NCBI GenBank assembly: GCA_011605725.1
Contig: JAAOZP010000012.1
Span: 32,001 to 96,000 of the forward strand
Direction: 5' to 3'
Length of the DNA stretch: 64,000 bases
DNA from: Nitrososphaerota archaeon
GTDB taxonomy: Archaea; Thermoproteota; EX4484-205; JAAOZP01
The notes under the pieces are model-generated. The model saw only the letters and a program-made list of their open reading frames with translations. It made no database searches and was not told the origin of the DNA. A program made the translations under genes and the position numbers. Positions 1-9,167 of this stretch are shown here, piece after piece (the first letter of the stretch is position 1; each line of letters starts with the position of its first letter).

Positions 1-646
1 CCCTCCTCTCATCGTTCGGCAGCCACTCCTCCCATCTCCTCTTCAGCTCGCTTAGTATCTCCACTCTCCTCAGCGTATTCTCTATTATCTCGTCATCGCT
101 CATGCCTGCGACGCTGAACTTCATGCGGCAGTTTAGAAAGGTTTCGCTCACCCTAACTTCAGACATATCCACGTTGTATTTTCTCAAGACCTCGTTCGAG
201 ATCTTGGAGTAGACGCAGAGGTCCTTAACTACAGCCGGCACAAAGCGTGCCAGCTTCATGACGTCTTTTCTTCTCTCAAGGAGCTGCGGGTGGAGAATGC
301 TTGGGACCCACACAGCATAGTACATCTTCCCCATGAATTCCAAGTTCACGCCTCCCCGAGCAGCAACTTCAATGATGTTCTCTTTACTGTTGAAGTAGAG
401 ATAGTCGATGAATGGGGGATACGGGTCTATCCAGTCGTCAGGCCATTTTATGCTTCCCTTCCACTCGAAGTAGATGCGCTCTAAGTTTCCTCCACCGATC
501 ATGGTACCTAGCTCCCTGCCGTCCGACGTCTTCACCGGATAATCATCATACCTTCTCCAAGACGTTCCTTCCAGCCTGAACTTGCAGCTGCATCTTTCCT
601 TCAACGCTTCAACCAGCTTTTGAAACACGTTCTCGCTCATCATCAT
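1..646 (-). CDS. Hypothetical protein (>210 aa, runs off window start); candidate immunity protein of the upstream nuclease-like gene
   Basis: Hand translation gives an open frame (MM)MSENVFQKLVEALKERCSCKFRLEG...PFIDYLYFNSKENIIEV...WEEWLPNDERR with no stop to position 1. Its start overlaps the TGA of 643..2076 (ATGA coupling). It is absent from the ORF track because it lacks a stop in the window. Confidence 0.75.
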   Translation of the reverse strand, partial: MMMSENVFQKLVEALKERCSCKFRLEGTSWRRYDDYPVKTSDGRELGTMIGGGNLERIYFEWKGSIKWPDDWIDPYPPFIDYLYFNSKENIIEVAARGGVNLEFMGKMYYAVWVPSILHPQLLERRKDVMKLARFVPAVVKDLCVYSKISNEVLRKYNVDMSEVRVSETFLNCRMKFSVAGMSDDEIIENTLRRVEILSELKRRWEEWLPNDERR

Positions 647-2121
647 CCACCTTTAAACTTCTCTAAGATCTTCTCGACACTATGCTTCTTCCATGCGAAT
701 TCAATTTTCTCCATAGTAATTTTTATCGCAAGCACATAAATGTTTTCCGGTAATTCGTAGTTGTGGTCCTCTCTAGCATTTTTTATGCGGTTCCAAAGTT
801 CTTCCTTCAATTCATCGCTATCCAGATGCTTAGTCAGGCTTTCCTCCGGGCTGGTTATCAGCTTAACCTCCAGGGCGGCAATAATCCTTTCTTCAGGATT
901 CTCAGGATCCATGACGCGCACGTCCAATGGCTCCCTCGCATTGTTGCCAACTTCGTCGATGAACAGGTTCTTGCCCTCCAATACTTCAACCTCTTCGCCT
1001 ATTCCGAAAACCCTCTTGTTCTCCTTCACGAACTCGGCGGCTATCATGTGGCCGGCGACGCCCTCATCATATTTCGGGTTAATCCCGCTGAGGCTCCGTA
1101 TTACTCCGACAGCATCCCCGTATTCTTGAAGGTTCCGGGTTGGCACCCATCTCGCGGCTCCGCTTACCGTATCGGTCTCTTTCGCGAAAGAGTACTTGTC
1201 GCCTATGATGCTTCCCAGGGTTTCTTTGAAGACGGTGCTGTCCCGCGATATCCTGTAGCTGGAGAACCCCCCGGTGCTCGGGTCGTACTTCACGTAGGCT
1301 GCGCCCTGGGGCTCATCCTCCCCGAAGAATATTTTGAAAACCCTGTAGCCGTTTTCATCAGAAGGCGGGGGCATGCTGTAGACGTAGCGCCACCCCTCCC
1401 TACCGGACCCGTACCCTATTCTTGAGGACCATTCTCCCTGATCGTTCACCGTGGAAACTACGGCTAACGACTCCGCGTGCTCTCCTTCGCTGAAGAATGG
1501 GAATACTATTTCCACGCCCCCCATGCCGCCTGCAATACCGTGCGAGTATTTAGATTCCCCGGTTAAAGTCACGCCGTAAAGGTTGAGAAAGTATTTTCCA
1601 CCGCTGTAGGATAGTTGCCCCGGCCCGTTGTACAGGCTTAGAAGAAAAGCCTCGTCGACCCTTCTAACCAGCCTTATCACGTATGTCCCCTCCCCATCAG
1701 AGGGGAAGCATATTGCCGACGTGGACGAGTAGAGCCCCCTCACCCTGTGGTGCTCGACACTCGGCTCGCCGAGCCTCCAGTACGCGATCTCGTAAAACCC
1801 TTCGCCGATGCTTCGAATATAATCAGCATCAGGGTTCTGAACAGTATACTTTATTTCTCCGCCTTCGCCGATTCCAGTTTTTATAATCAGGTTTATGTCG
1901 CTCCAGCCTGGGTAAACCTCGACGAAGCGTTCGGCCTCAAGCACGGTGAAGCTTCCCTCCCTCGCAGGCGCAAGCCGGTGCACAGTGTATTCTCCGACTT
2001 GCTTAGCCGCCAGCTCCGCAGCAATCCTGACCTCCCGGCCGTCGAGACGCGTAACCACTGTGAACCATGCTCCCACCTTAGGCTCCCCCAGAGCCTGGTA
2101 AACCTCCGCGTGGATAAACGG
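643..2121 (-). CDS. 5'-truncated large protein with C-terminal PD-(D/E)xK-like nuclease domain (polymorphic-toxin-like)
   Basis: 477-aa ORF whose frame stays open upstream (PFIHAEVYQALGEPKVGAW) to the GC run at 2122. The C-terminus shows a helix (GVAGHMIAAEF), then PLDVRV and ALEVKL, matching the REase-fold D...ExK layout. Confidence 0.5.
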   Translation of the reverse strand, partial: PFIHAEVYQALGEPKVGAWFTVVTRLDGREVRIAAELAAKQVGEYTVHRLAPAREGSFTVLEAERFVEVYPGWSDINLIIKTGIGEGGEIKYTVQNPDADYIRSIGEGFYEIAYWRLGEPSVEHHRVRGLYSSTSAICFPSDGEGTYVIRLVRRVDEAFLLSLYNGPGQLSYSGGKYFLNLYGVTLTGESKYSHGIAGGMGGVEIVFPFFSEGEHAESLAVVSTVNDQGEWSSRIGYGSGREGWRYVYSMPPPSDENGYRVFKIFFGEDEPQGAAYVKYDPSTGGFSSYRISRDSTVFKETLGSIIGDKYSFAKETDTVSGAARWVPTRNLQEYGDAVGVIRSLSGINPKYDEGVAGHMIAAEFVKENKRVFGIGEEVEVLEGKNLFIDEVGNNAREPLDVRVMDPENPEERIIAALEVKLITSPEESLTKHLDSDELKEELWNRIKNAREDHNYELPENIYVLAIKITMEKIEFAWKKHSVEKILEKFKGG

Positions 2122-2129
2122 GCGCGCGC
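2122..2129. repeat. (GC)4 junction run
   Basis: GCGCGCGC(T) joins the truncated secreted gene to the truncated nuclease-like gene, out of frame. Confidence 0.8.
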
Positions 2130-3039
2130 TTATCCTTCTTTAACGAATCGATTTGCCTAAGCATCTCCTCGACATCATGCTTGAGGGCAGTGTAGTTTTC
2201 AAAGAGCTCCCTGTAGGCTGTCCTTAAAGAGTGGTTTAGCCTGATGCTCGTTCCAATTCTTCCGAAACCCTTGGCGACTACGAAGACGTTGAGCAGGCCC
2301 TCGCCACCGGTCCTCACGACGAGGCTTTCTCCAACCCTAGTAACGTTCTCCTCAACGGAAGAACCATCCGGCTTAACGAGCCTGGCGCCAAACCCAGCCA
2401 GCTCACCGGGATACGTGAAGGTTAAGACGGTCTCGTCCACACCCGCCTCAATAGATGCGAGCCTGAGCTCAGGAGGCGTTGGAACAGGCTCGCCTACGAC
2501 TCTAATCATGAAGTCCCCCGGCCTCTTGCTCGTGGCGTTCAGGGAAGCATGGATCGTATGCTCGCCGACGTTCACGATGAAGCTGTTGTTTGAAAAAGGA
2601 GGATCGTCGTCGATACTAATCCAGAGCTGAGTGCCGTCGAGGGTAAACATTGAAACAACGACGACGTAGAAGTCCCCGGTTACCACGACGTTTGGAAGAC
2701 TGATGGTGTACCAGTCTAGCGTAGCGTTCTTGAAGACACTGCTGGGGAGGAATGCTGACCAGTAGACAGTGTTTAAACCAGCATCCCAGATTTGAACGTA
2801 GAAGACTTGAGCGCCCCTGAGGACGCATGTGGCGTGAAGCCTTACCGCCGTTATCCTCCAGCTCGCGGAGGGAGGGGAGACCTCACCATCGCAGCATAAG
2901 GGTAGAAGTCGCTCCAGCCGTAGTCAGCGTTACCATCATCATGGGCAAGCTCGAAAGAAGAGGCGTAAACACTTGGAGCAGTGTTGAGAAACAGCGTTGA
3001 GAAGGCTAACAACAGGAGCGCGAAACCAAGCTTCTTCAA
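2130..3039 (-). pseudogene. Secreted/surface protein, frameshifted near 2880 and truncated at the GC run
   Basis: Signal peptide LKKLGFALLLLAFSTLFLNTAPSVYA. Restoring one base near 2880 joins ORF 2851..3120 to ORF 2078..2686 (AAMVRFSPPSASWRITAVRLH...VVVTGDFY). The coiled-coil end is cut at 2129. Confidence 0.7.
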
Positions 3040-3215
3040 GCTTCTTCTATAAGAATGGGAAGAAATATAAAAATATTGCGTCTCAAAACGACACACCATG
3101 CTTCTAAACGCATACAGCAACGTTCCAAAAACAACATCCTCAAACCCTTTTATGCACCCATGTTCATAATAACAGGATTGCCAGCTGGGGAAAAACTTTT
3201 TATTTCAGAAACCTG

Positions 3216-3408
3216 TTGAAATACTTCACGTTGCTGCAGCGGTGCCACGTGTGTGGAAGAACAGATGAGACCTGTAAGCCATGTCCCTACTGCAACTGGT
3301 GGTTCTGCGGACAGCATTTGGACCCTGAGCAGCATGACTGCACGGGTTTAAAAATCATGGGAAAACCGGTTGATGCTTCAAAGCCTGAAAAACAGGAGAC
3401 ACTCGTGC
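3216..3408 (+). pseudogene. AN1-type zinc-finger protein, 3' truncated
   Basis: CHVC-x9-CPYC-x4-CGQH-x5-HDC zf-AN1 pattern. After the GC run at 3409 the sequence is an unrelated opposite-strand remnant. Confidence 0.65.
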
Positions 3409-3417
3409 CGCGCGCGC
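3409..3417. repeat. C(GC)4 junction run
   Basis: CGCGCGCGC(TA) lies at the end of the zf-AN1 fragment. Confidence 0.8.
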
Positions 3418-3569
3418 TATGGATTCTAACAGACTTGGCAACCGGTTCAGCGTTGAAGAAAACACGTCAATAGACAAGTGGTTTTTAAAGGTGTACAGCG
3501 TCGCATCCATCGATAAGGATTTTAACGATGTTCTCTTTACTGTTGAAGCAGAGATAGTCGATGAATGGG
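3418..3569 (-). pseudogene. Decayed paralog fragment of the 1..646 gene
   Basis: 3521-3569 matches 368-416 at 46/49 nt (PFIDYLCFNSKENIVK vs PFIDYLYFNSKENIIE). In-frame stops follow. Confidence 0.7.
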
Positions 3570-3793
3570 TAGCCTTGGAAAATCGAGGCTTACACTTCAC
3601 TCGTGATAAAGCACATAGATCGCTAGAAGGATATAGTTAGCATTTTATATTTTACCATGACGGAATTATCGATAAAAAGTTTTATTCAGAAATATAACGG
3701 GATGATGGAAGAGCGTATGCTAAGCTTATTGATTCATAATAAAACAGGGCCTCGAAGTGTGCGCTATTTTTCATTATTTATTTCACTATATAT

Positions 3794-4441
3794 CTATTTC
3801 TTGCCCACCCAAGCCTTGCAGATGTCGACTCCAACCACCGCATCCTTCCCATAGCCGTCGGCGCCAATCCTCTTAGCATAGTCCTCAGTTATCGGAGCCC
3901 CGCCAATAATCACTTTAACCTTGTCCCGCAAACCAGCCTTCTTAAGCTCGTTAATCACATTCTCCATCTCAACCATCGTGACAGTCAGAAGCGCCGACAA
4001 GCCCACGATATCAGGCTTATGATTCCTAACAGCATCCACAATAGCCTCAGCCGGAACATCATTACCAAGGTCAATGACCTCGAAGCCAGCAGCCTCCATC
4101 ATCATCCCGAAAATGTTCTTCCCAATATCGTGGAGGTCGCCCTTGACCGTTGCTATTACTGCTTTTCCTATTTTTTTGATTTCTGTGCCTTTCATGTATG
4201 GCTGTAGCATTTGCGATATTTCTTTTCCTATTTCTCCTGCGACTATCAATTCCGACAAAAAGTATTCTGATGCTTCGAATTTTCTCCCGACTTCCTCCAT
4301 TGCTGCGCTTATCCCTTTAGAGATAATCTCGTTGGGCGGTATTCCTTTTGCAACAGCTTCCTGTGCTAGGCGTTTGGAGCCGTCGAAATCTAGGTTGACT
4401 ATCGCGTTCTTCAGCTGTGTAAGTAGATTTTCCTCAGACAT
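3794..4441 (-). CDS. Corrinoid (B12-binding) methyltransferase protein, MtaC/MtbC family
   Basis: Cap domain plus GDLHDIGKN (DxHxxG), GLSALL and IIGGAP motifs. Confidence 0.95.
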   Translation of the reverse strand: MSEENLLTQLKNAIVNLDFDGSKRLAQEAVAKGIPPNEIISKGISAAMEEVGRKFEASEYFLSELIVAGEIGKEISQMLQPYMKGTEIKKIGKAVIATVKGDLHDIGKNIFGMMMEAAGFEVIDLGNDVPAEAIVDAVRNHKPDIVGLSALLTVTMVEMENVINELKKAGLRDKVKVIIGGAPITEDYAKRIGADGYGKDAVVGVDICKAWVGKK

Positions 4442-4566
4442 GTTTCTTCAAGGCTGGCATATGTTTCTTCTTGATAAATCTTTCGTTTACGGGGATGGTT
4501 TTTCTTACTGAGGTGTCTTAATCATGGCGGTGTAGTGTGTGTTAGAAAAATGTAAGGTTTTTATAC

Positions 4567-5772
4567 TTGCTGGAGAAGTTAGCGGAGAGGTGTGCGGCCT
4601 TGGAGAAGCTCAATATTTCTTTAATCGGCTGCGGAGGTATGATGGGGGCGCATGTTAACGGGTTTAGGCAGTTGTATTCCAGGGGGTTGAGGGTTTTCGA
4701 GGTTAAGGCTGTTTGCGACGTTAAGGAGGCTCTTGCGAGGGAGAAGGCTGGGCTGGTTGCGGAGTTTCAGAGTTCTGAGCCTAGGGTTTATACTGACGTT
4801 GAGGAGATGCTTAGGAGTGAGAGTCTGGATGCTGTCGATATTGCTCTACCGCATAATGTTCATCATACTGTGGCAGCTATGTGTCTTGACGAGGGGCTGG
4901 ATGTTATTATTGAGAAGCCTCTGGGGATTACGATGAGGGCTGCAAGGATCATTATGGATAAGGCTAGGAAGAATAGTAGGGTTCTGGCTGTTGCTGAGAA
5001 CTATAGGCGGAGCCCGGAGAATAGGGCTGTTCGCTGGGTTGTGGAGCAGGGTTTGATTGGTGAGCCGAGGATGATAGTCTGGTGTTCCGCGGGCTGGAGT
5101 CCCGGTGCCTGGGGCTGGAGGGAGGACAAGTATGCTGCTGGTGGAAGCTGGGTTTTCGACGGTGGCGTGCATCTGGCTGACTTGGATAGGTATCATTTAA
5201 GGAGGGAGGCGGTGGAGGTCTATGCTGTTCAGAAGACGTTTGACCCGTTTAGGGATGGGACTAGGGTGACTGTTGACGATATGACGATGGCTATTATTGT
5301 TTACGAGGGGGATGTTTATGCGCAGTGGCTGTGGACTAGGGCGGCTCCCGGGAGGGGTCTTGGCTTAAGGATGATTTATGGTTCGAAGGGCTCTGTTGGC
5401 CATGAGGGTCTTTTCAGCGGGCACGCTGCTTACGATGGTCTTTTCATTCAGAAGGAGAATTCTGTAGAGATTGTGGGTATGGGTGTGCTTGTAAGCAGGA
5501 TGTTTGAAGGCCTTAAGCCTGAGGAAAAGTCTAGGATGTTTCCGATGGGGATTACTGACACTGTTGCAACGGAGCTTTACGATTTTTACGATTCTGTTGC
5601 GAACCGGCGTGCACCCGAGGTTGACGGTCTTGAGGCCTATAGGGATATGGCTATACCCCTCGGCTTCTACGAGTCGGCGCTTCTCAGAAAACCGGTTAGC
5701 GTCAGGGACGTGGAGGAGCTTAGGGTTGAAGAATACCAGAAAGAGATAAACGAGAAGCTTGGAATATCCTAG
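4567..5772 (+). CDS. Gfo/Idh/MocA family oxidoreductase
   Basis: IGCGGM Rossmann motif, IIEKP, GGSWVFDGGVH. Confidence 0.92.
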   Translation: MLEKLAERCAALEKLNISLIGCGGMMGAHVNGFRQLYSRGLRVFEVKAVCDVKEALAREKAGLVAEFQSSEPRVYTDVEEMLRSESLDAVDIALPHNVHHTVAAMCLDEGLDVIIEKPLGITMRAARIIMDKARKNSRVLAVAENYRRSPENRAVRWVVEQGLIGEPRMIVWCSAGWSPGAWGWREDKYAAGGSWVFDGGVHLADLDRYHLRREAVEVYAVQKTFDPFRDGTRVTVDDMTMAIIVYEGDVYAQWLWTRAAPGRGLGLRMIYGSKGSVGHEGLFSGHAAYDGLFIQKENSVEIVGMGVLVSRMFEGLKPEEKSRMFPMGITDTVATELYDFYDSVANRRAPEVDGLEAYRDMAIPLGFYESALLRKPVSVRDVEELRVEEYQKEINEKLGIS

Positions 5773-5834
5773 ACATTTTCGACTGTGCCCAGCATGGTGG
5801 AGTTGACTTGCATGCGAAACGCTAAGACTAGAAA

Positions 5835-6803
5835 ATGTTTAATACAGTCTGCTGTCTGTCTCTCGTGACGGTCACGATGCAGGCTCAGAACCCTTTAAGA
5901 AAATACTGCCTGATCCCGGCGACCTTGACTCCTATGAAAGAGGATTTCGAGGTTGACTATGAGCAGCTTGAGGATTACGTAAGGTGGCTGGTGAAACACG
6001 ATATTGGAGGGGTTGCCGTCAATGTCGACACCGGCGAGGGTCCTCATCTTTATCCTGAGGAACGCGTAAACATCCTGAAAGTCTTCTCAGAGATCGTACC
6101 GGGAGGAATACCTGTGATTGCTGGGCTACATGCCCGGAACACTATGGAGGCAGTTAGACTCGGTCTGGAGGCTAAGGAGGCGGGTGCTGACGGGCTGCTT
6201 GTTTTCCCGCATCCAGCCTTCGCGGGTGAGCCGAATGAAAGCGTAATATGCAACTATCACTCGGAAATATCTGGGAAAGTTGACTTACCAATTATCATAT
6301 TTCAACTGCAGCCAGCACTGGGCGGCGTAGACTTTACGCCTGAAACACTGTTAAGGCTTGCCAGCATTAAGAATGTTATAGCGATTAAGGAGGCTTCTTT
6401 CGATGCTAGGAAATTCGTCAACGTTGTTCACGTTTTGAAGAAAGCAAGCAGGAAGATAATGATCCTCACAGGGAATGACAACTTCATATACGAGTCTCTA
6501 GTGCTTGGTGCGGAAGGCGGGTTGCTGGGCTTCGGAACGATAGCTGTAGAACAGCAGGTTGAAATGTTCAACTTAATCGCTAAAGGCAGGCTGACCGAAG
6601 CTAGGGAAATATGGGAGGAGCTGATACCTTTAGAGGAAGCCATTTTCGCTCAGCCAGTTAGGGACTACAGGGCACGTCTAAAAGAGGCGCTCGTAATGAT
6701 GGGAGTATTGAAAACATCGTATGTTAGGCCACCCTTGCAACCGGTGTCGGAGAAGGAGAGAGAAGCCATAAAACAGGCTTTGAGAAGCCTGAGGCTAGTA
6801 TAG
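5835..6803 (+). CDS. DapA/N-acetylneuraminate lyase family aldolase (non-canonical); start may be ATG 5877
   Basis: TIM-barrel DHDPS pattern: DTGEG, AIKEAS Schiff-base Lys, TGND, VRPPL. Confidence 0.88.
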   Translation: MFNTVCCLSLVTVTMQAQNPLRKYCLIPATLTPMKEDFEVDYEQLEDYVRWLVKHDIGGVAVNVDTGEGPHLYPEERVNILKVFSEIVPGGIPVIAGLHARNTMEAVRLGLEAKEAGADGLLVFPHPAFAGEPNESVICNYHSEISGKVDLPIIIFQLQPALGGVDFTPETLLRLASIKNVIAIKEASFDARKFVNVVHVLKKASRKIMILTGNDNFIYESLVLGAEGGLLGFGTIAVEQQVEMFNLIAKGRLTEAREIWEELIPLEEAIFAQPVRDYRARLKEALVMMGVLKTSYVRPPLQPVSEKEREAIKQALRSLRLV

Positions 6804-6807
6804 TGAA

Positions 6808-7995
6808 ATGGCTGGAATAGACCTGTCCGTCAACATATCCGGGGTTGATTTTAAGAATCCGCTGATCGTGGCCTCCGGGCCTCCTACGCTTTCCGCAGAA
6901 CATGTTTTAAAATGTATACGAGCCGGAGCCGCGGGAGCCGTTACTAAAACTATAACTTATGATGTGACGCAGCAGGTTCAGCCTAAGCCGAGGATGCTCG
7001 TAGTTAATCCTGAGGATGCTCTGAGGAACAGGTTCTACTCTTTATACTCTATAGACTTGATGTCGGAGTATAGGCCTGAGCTCTGGCTTAGACAAATCAG
7101 CGAAGCCAAGAAAGAGGCGAAGGCTCATGGAGGCGTGATAATAGCCAGCATTGCCGGCAGAACGTTTGAGGAATGGGAGAAGCTTGCTAAGCTTGTTGAG
7201 GAGGCTGGCGTAGACATGGTTGAGCTTAACCTTTCATGCCCACATTTAGAGAAGAATGTGTTAATGGGAAGAGCCGTATCCTCCAGCCCTGAGAAAGTTT
7301 CAGAAATATTGAAGACGATTAAAAAAGCCACTTCACTACCAGTAATAGGGAAGCTGACACCGCACGGCGCAAACCCTGTTGAACTAGCAAGGATAATGGT
7401 TTCCTCCGGAGTAAACGCTCTTGTTTCAACAGCCAGGTTTCAAGGCTTAATCGTAGACTTGGAAACTATGCGGCCAGTCTCATGGGGAGGCTTCGGAGGA
7501 TACGGGGGGCCTTGGCAAATACCCATTAGCGTCAGCTGGACTGCGCACATAGCCATGGAGAGACTGGGCGTGCCATTGATAGGATCCGGAGGGGTTTCAA
7601 AATGGGAGGACGCTGTACAGCTTATTCTCGCAGGCGCGTCAGCAATTCAGGTGTGCACGGCAATAATGATAAACGGGTTAAAGATTATTCCGGAAATACT
7701 GAGAGGTATTGAAGAATGGATGGTCAGCAAAGGCTTTCAAAACATTGCTGATTTCTCCGGGACTATTATAGACAGGATTGTACCCTTGGAGAAGCTTGAA
7801 AGAAGAAAAAGATTCAGGCTGTATATTGACGCTGAAAAATGCGTGAAGTGCGGAGTCTGCATTAGGGTTTGTCCTTATGGTGCTTTAAAAGCAGTAAACA
7901 CTGCGAGTATTCCGGAACCGGAGCAGGAGGAGTGCGACAACTGCGGCCTATGCCTATCCATATGTCCAAGGAGAGCAATCAGCTTCAAAGAGTGA
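6808..7995 (+). CDS. Dihydroorotate/dihydropyrimidine dehydrogenase-like FMN enzyme (PreA-like) with two C-terminal [4Fe-4S] motifs
   Basis: NPLIVASGP, VTKT, ELNLSCPH, KLTP, GSGGV; CVKCGVCIRVCP and CDNCGLCLSICP. Confidence 0.88.
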   Translation: MAGIDLSVNISGVDFKNPLIVASGPPTLSAEHVLKCIRAGAAGAVTKTITYDVTQQVQPKPRMLVVNPEDALRNRFYSLYSIDLMSEYRPELWLRQISEAKKEAKAHGGVIIASIAGRTFEEWEKLAKLVEEAGVDMVELNLSCPHLEKNVLMGRAVSSSPEKVSEILKTIKKATSLPVIGKLTPHGANPVELARIMVSSGVNALVSTARFQGLIVDLETMRPVSWGGFGGYGGPWQIPISVSWTAHIAMERLGVPLIGSGGVSKWEDAVQLILAGASAIQVCTAIMINGLKIIPEILRGIEEWMVSKGFQNIADFSGTIIDRIVPLEKLERRKRFRLYIDAEKCVKCGVCIRVCPYGALKAVNTASIPEPEQEECDNCGLCLSICPRRAISFKE

Positions 7996-8001
7996 GCTGG
8001 A

Positions 8002-9084
8002 ATGAACGATTCTTCTGGAAGCGAACGATGGGTTCATCCGTTTTGCCACCCGCTTGAAACAAGCAGGAACGGCCCATTCTCCGCCCTAGACGACGGCACC
8101 TTGATGACTATAGATGATGAAGGGTTAAAGACGAGTAGGGACGACGGGAGAACCTGGTCTCCACCTTTATCCACTATCCCGGGAATAAGGAGTGATGAGC
8201 CGGGTTCACACTATATCTTGCAGACGAAGAATAAGATTCTCGTAACCGTCTACCTAGATTTCACGACTTACAGGTTTAGTTGGAACGAGGAGGAGAGTGA
8301 ACCAGGTGACGATTGCCGGCTGGAACTTTGGGCAGCCCGCAGCCTCGACGGCGGCAAGACCTGGGTTGACAGGCAGAGGCTTTTAGAAGGCTATAATGCT
8401 AATTTCTTCGGATTCATCCAGACTAGGAGTGGGAGGATTGTTGCAACTGTTGAACACTTATGTAGGAACCCGGGTCGCTTCGTAGCCTGCTCCCTGTTTT
8501 CAGACGACGATGGGAAAACTTGGAGGAGGAGCAACTTTATCGACCTTGGTGGGCGCGGCCACCATGACGGGGCGATGGAGCCGACCGTAGCGGAGTTGAG
8601 CGACGGACGCTTACTCATGCTTATAAGGACAACTCTTGACTGTTTCTGGCAGGCTTTCTCAGAGGACGGGGGAGAGTACTGGCGGGTCGTTAAGCCCAGC
8701 CAGATAGACGCCAGTAATTCCCCCGGATACCTGTTGAGGTTAAAGAGTAACCGTCTAGTCCTAGTATGGAACCGTTTAAACCCTGAGGGAAGAGTATGGG
8801 AGAAGGCTAAGCCAGGACCGGCTTCAGAAAGACCCGTGTCTTGGCACAGGGAGGAGCTTTCAATAGCTTTCTCTGAGGATGATGGTGAGAACTGGACTAA
8901 GCCGATTGTTATTGCAAGACAGAAAGGTGGACAGTTAAGCTATCCGTATTTGTTTGAGCGTCGCCCCGGTGAGCTCTGGATTACTGCAGGCTTTGCCTTT
9001 AAAAAAGGATGGCGGGAGCCACTGCCGTTGAGGCTTAAGCTGTTTGAAGAGGATTTTTTAAAGAACGTTTTGAAACAGGCTTAG
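8002..9084 (+). CDS. Sialidase-like BNR/Asp-box beta-propeller protein
   Basis: Five Asp-boxes (SRDDGRTW, SLDGGKTW, SDDDGKTW, SEDGGEYW, SEDDGENW), MEPTVAELSDG, SYP. Confidence 0.88.
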   Translation: MNDSSGSERWVHPFCHPLETSRNGPFSALDDGTLMTIDDEGLKTSRDDGRTWSPPLSTIPGIRSDEPGSHYILQTKNKILVTVYLDFTTYRFSWNEEESEPGDDCRLELWAARSLDGGKTWVDRQRLLEGYNANFFGFIQTRSGRIVATVEHLCRNPGRFVACSLFSDDDGKTWRRSNFIDLGGRGHHDGAMEPTVAELSDGRLLMLIRTTLDCFWQAFSEDGGEYWRVVKPSQIDASNSPGYLLRLKSNRLVLVWNRLNPEGRVWEKAKPGPASERPVSWHREELSIAFSEDDGENWTKPIVIARQKGGQLSYPYLFERRPGELWITAGFAFKKGWREPLPLRLKLFEEDFLKNVLKQA

Positions 9085-9167
9085 GGCAAGCCTATTGTCT
9101 AACAGCTTGCCGCATTCAAGTAGAAAAAGTTAATAGAAGCGGAAACCATGAATCCATACGATGAGGA

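Noticed and set aside
290-484. Plus-strand ORFs 290..484 and 3419..3640 sharing FNDVLFTVE
   Set aside because: The similarity is the antisense shadow of the real minus-strand gene and its remnant.
761-2630. Plus-strand ORFs overlapping the minus-strand genes, and similar antisense ORFs throughout the track
   Set aside because: Shadow frames of well-supported genes, with no family motifs.
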